Shown: in pieces, positions 15,220-16,947 of the stretch | How positions within the stretch are numbered: position 1 is the first letter of the stretch | Layout of the letters: every line of letters starts with the position of its first letter | Assembly: GCA_031367385.1 (NCBI GenBank) | Contig: JANLPS010000105.1 | Span: forward strand, 1-16,947 | Source: Archangium sp. | GTDB taxonomy: Bacteria; Myxococcota; Myxococcia; Myxococcales; Myxococcaceae | Length of the DNA: 16,947 nucleotides | Direction: 5' to 3' | The notes under the pieces: model-generated | Told to the model about the DNA's origin: nothing | The model's input: the letters and a program-made list of their open reading frames with translations, nothing else | The model's database searches: none | Translations under genes and position numbers: made by a program

Positions 15220-16347
15220 TTACGTGGTTGGAACGCTGAACGATAGCGCAGCTTCCATCGCCGAGCTCATGCCCAGTGCATGGGTTTCGGTCACCGGCAC
15301 CCACGCCCACTCGGCGAAGCCGTCAGGCACCTCGCGCAGCTTCGGCGGCAGCACCACCGGGTACAGATGCAGGCGGAGATCTCGGTGGGTGAGGGTGCGC
15401 TCGATCACCGACATCTCGGGCCCGATGGTCGCCCGCTTGCCCAGCAGGCCGCGAATGGCCGCGTAGCCGTTGGCGTCGGCGCCGATCTCCACCGAGGGCA
15501 TCTCCCAGAGACCGCCGAAGAGGCCGCTCTCTGCCCGGCGGGCCATCAACACCACGCCTTTGCGCTGGGCCACCGCGACCGCCAGCTCGAGCTTCTTGCG
15601 CTTGGCCGCCTTCTTTGGCGGAGGCAGCTCGGCGACACGGCCCGTCTGCAGCGCCAGGCACCAGGTGTTCACGGGGCACAGAAGGCACAGGGGCCTCGAG
15701 GGCAGGCAGACCGTCGCTCCCAGCTCCATCAGCGACTGATTGAAGTCGCCAGGCCGCTCACCTTCGACCAGCGCCTCGGCGATCTGCCACAGCAGGGCTT
15801 CGCGCGACTTCTCGCCAGGCAGCCCGTCGATCTCGAAGAGCCGTGAGAAGACCCGCGCCACGTTGCCATCGACCAGCGGCACGCTCTGGGCAAAGGCGAT
15901 CGAAGCGACCGCGCCCGCAGTGTACCGCCCAAACCCCGGCAGCGACTTGAGGGCCACGAGATCAGAGGGCAATGCCCCATTGAAGCGCTCGACCACGGCC
16001 TGAGCGGCTTTGTGCAGGTTTCGAGCGCGGGAGTAGTACCCCAGCCCCCGCCACAGCGAGAGCACGTCGGGCACCCTCGCCGCCGCCAGGGCCTGCACCG
16101 TCGGCAGTGTCTTCAAAAATCGCTCGTAATATTCGATGACTCGGTCGACCTGAGTCTGCTGGAGCATGACCTCACTGACCCAAATGGCATACGGGTCGCT
16201 CGTGCGACGCCAGGGCAGGTCTCGCTTGGAGTGGTCGAACCAGCCCAACACTGCAGGCCGCAGGTGCCGCCTGACCTTCTCGGCGTAAGGGAGCGACGAA
16301 GTCACGGCGGGCTGTTGAGCAATGAATTCGCCTCGAGTCAAAGGCAT
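15220..16347 (-). CDS. mutY: A/G-specific adenine DNA glycosylase MutY
   Basis: LPWRRTSDPYAIWVSEVMLQQTQV, GLGYYSRARNL, HhH LPGFGRYTAGA, VDGNV, [4Fe-4S] C-x6-C-x2-C-x5-C and NUDIX-like C-terminus GLWEMP/LTH. Start is ATG 16347 or GTG 16305, not 16491. Confidence 0.95.
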   Translation of the reverse strand: MPLTRGEFIAQQPAVTSSLPYAEKVRRHLRPAVLGWFDHSKRDLPWRRTSDPYAIWVSEVMLQQTQVDRVIEYYERFLKTLPTVQALAAARVPDVLSLWRGLGYYSRARNLHKAAQAVVERFNGALPSDLVALKSLPGFGRYTAGAVASIAFAQSVPLVDGNVARVFSRLFEIDGLPGEKSREALLWQIAEALVEGERPGDFNQSLMELGATVCLPSRPLCLLCPVNTWCLALQTGRVAELPPPKKAAKRKKLELAVAVAQRKGVVLMARRAESGLFGGLWEMPSVEIGADANGYAAIRGLLGKRATIGPEMSVIERTLTHRDLRLHLYPVVLPPKLREVPDGFAEWAWVPVTETHALGMSSAMEAALSFSVPTT

Positions 16348-16400
16348 TGGGCAGGGCGTGGTTCGACAGGCCCTCGATGAGAGGGTATGGCGACAAGGGC

Positions 16401-16947
16401 ATGCCTTCGTACCGACTGCTGATCGCTGACCCCAAGGGCCTCGTGATGGAGCACCCGTGGCTCCTCGCGACCCTGCGGTCTGACGAGTCACTGCTGCCGC
16501 CTCAAGGTCGCCCGATTCGCATGCCCCAGGGCGCGACGCTGGCGCATTTGCCGGGCCGCCTGCCGGTGGGCATCGACCCCGACACCGGGCAGCAGGTGCT
16601 GGTGCGAAACTTCGAGCTCAATGGCCGCAAGTTCACGCCACACGCGGTCGGCGCGGTGCTGCCCCCGGGGTACACCCGCACCTACCTGCCCGGCGAAGTG
16701 AAACACTTTGGCCCGGTGCTCCCCCAGTGGGCCTACACCGCGGCCGCCTGGAGCGACCAGGGCCCGGTGGTCTGGGCCCTGAAGACCGAGCGCCGCACCC
16801 ATTGGAACCCTGAGAATTTCTCGACGCCCGAAATGGCGAAGCTCGTCAAGAAGCACCAGGCCCGCTTCCCCGAGAACCGGGTGCTCAAGCAGCTCAACAC
16901 CTGCGCGTTGATGTACCGGTGCTTCACCAGCCAGAACATTTTCTACG
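16401..16947 (+). CDS. 5' part of a probable radical SAM protein (runs off the window)
   Basis: Open frame from ATG 16401 with high GC3: MPSYRLLIADPKGLVMEHPWL...LPGRLPVGIDPDTG...LPPGYTRTYLP...LPQWAYTA...PENRVLKQLNTCALMYRCFTSQNIFY. This N-terminal pattern matches my recollection of an uncharacterised radical SAM family. The CxxxCxxC motif would lie beyond the window and was not seen. Confidence 0.75.
   Translation, partial: MPSYRLLIADPKGLVMEHPWLLATLRSDESLLPPQGRPIRMPQGATLAHLPGRLPVGIDPDTGQQVLVRNFELNGRKFTPHAVGAVLPPGYTRTYLPGEVKHFGPVLPQWAYTAAAWSDQGPVVWALKTERRTHWNPENFSTPEMAKLVKKHQARFPENRVLKQLNTCALMYRCFTSQNIFY

Noticed and set aside
10416..15239. Long plus-strand ORFs 10416-11411, 11793-12785, 12813-13616 and 14064-15239
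   Set aside because: These are antisense shadows of ilvE, patatin and the J-domain gene, caused by codon bias.
16348..16491. N-terminal extension of the MutY ORF
   Set aside because: It overlaps the divergent gene starting at 16401 and has no MutY similarity.
1..16947. tRNA, rRNA, CRISPR array, IS or prophage
   Set aside because: Intergenic gaps are all under about 170 nt, and no repeat-spacer pattern, cloverleaf, transposase, integrase or phage gene was seen by eye.

Overview
GC-rich, gene-dense chromosomal segment. The gene content points to a Myxococcota (myxobacterial) host, which is an inference. It holds about 16 protein-coding genes, and I found no RNA genes, CRISPR arrays or mobile elements. 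In order: 3' end of an unknown gene; PHP hydrolase (-); IscR-like Rrf2 regulator (+); multi-Ig-domain lipoprotein (-); deoxyhypusine-synthase-like enzyme (+) with a coupled membrane-anchored protein; a minus-strand cluster of AAA+ ATPase, GNAT, cNMP-binding-fold protein and PilT/PilU paralog; a class 3 lipase with an unexplained N-terminus (+); a minus-strand run mutY - receiver/J-domain/TPR protein - patatin - ilvE - unannotated 52-codon ORF; and the 5' part of a probable radical SAM gene (+). The most notable observations are: (1) the cNMP-fold protein beside pilT lacks the phosphate-binding Arg and carries an EF-hand-like DxNxDGxxDxxE loop, making the AAA-GNAT-CNB-PilT cluster a candidate Ca2+-linked pilus-motor control module; (2) a small ORF with strong coding bias in frame behind the ilvE stop; (3) a recurring TANNNT-like hexamer 8-10 nt before many start codons, suggesting leaderless and bidirectional promoters. 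All family calls come from motif recognition by eye, without database searches.
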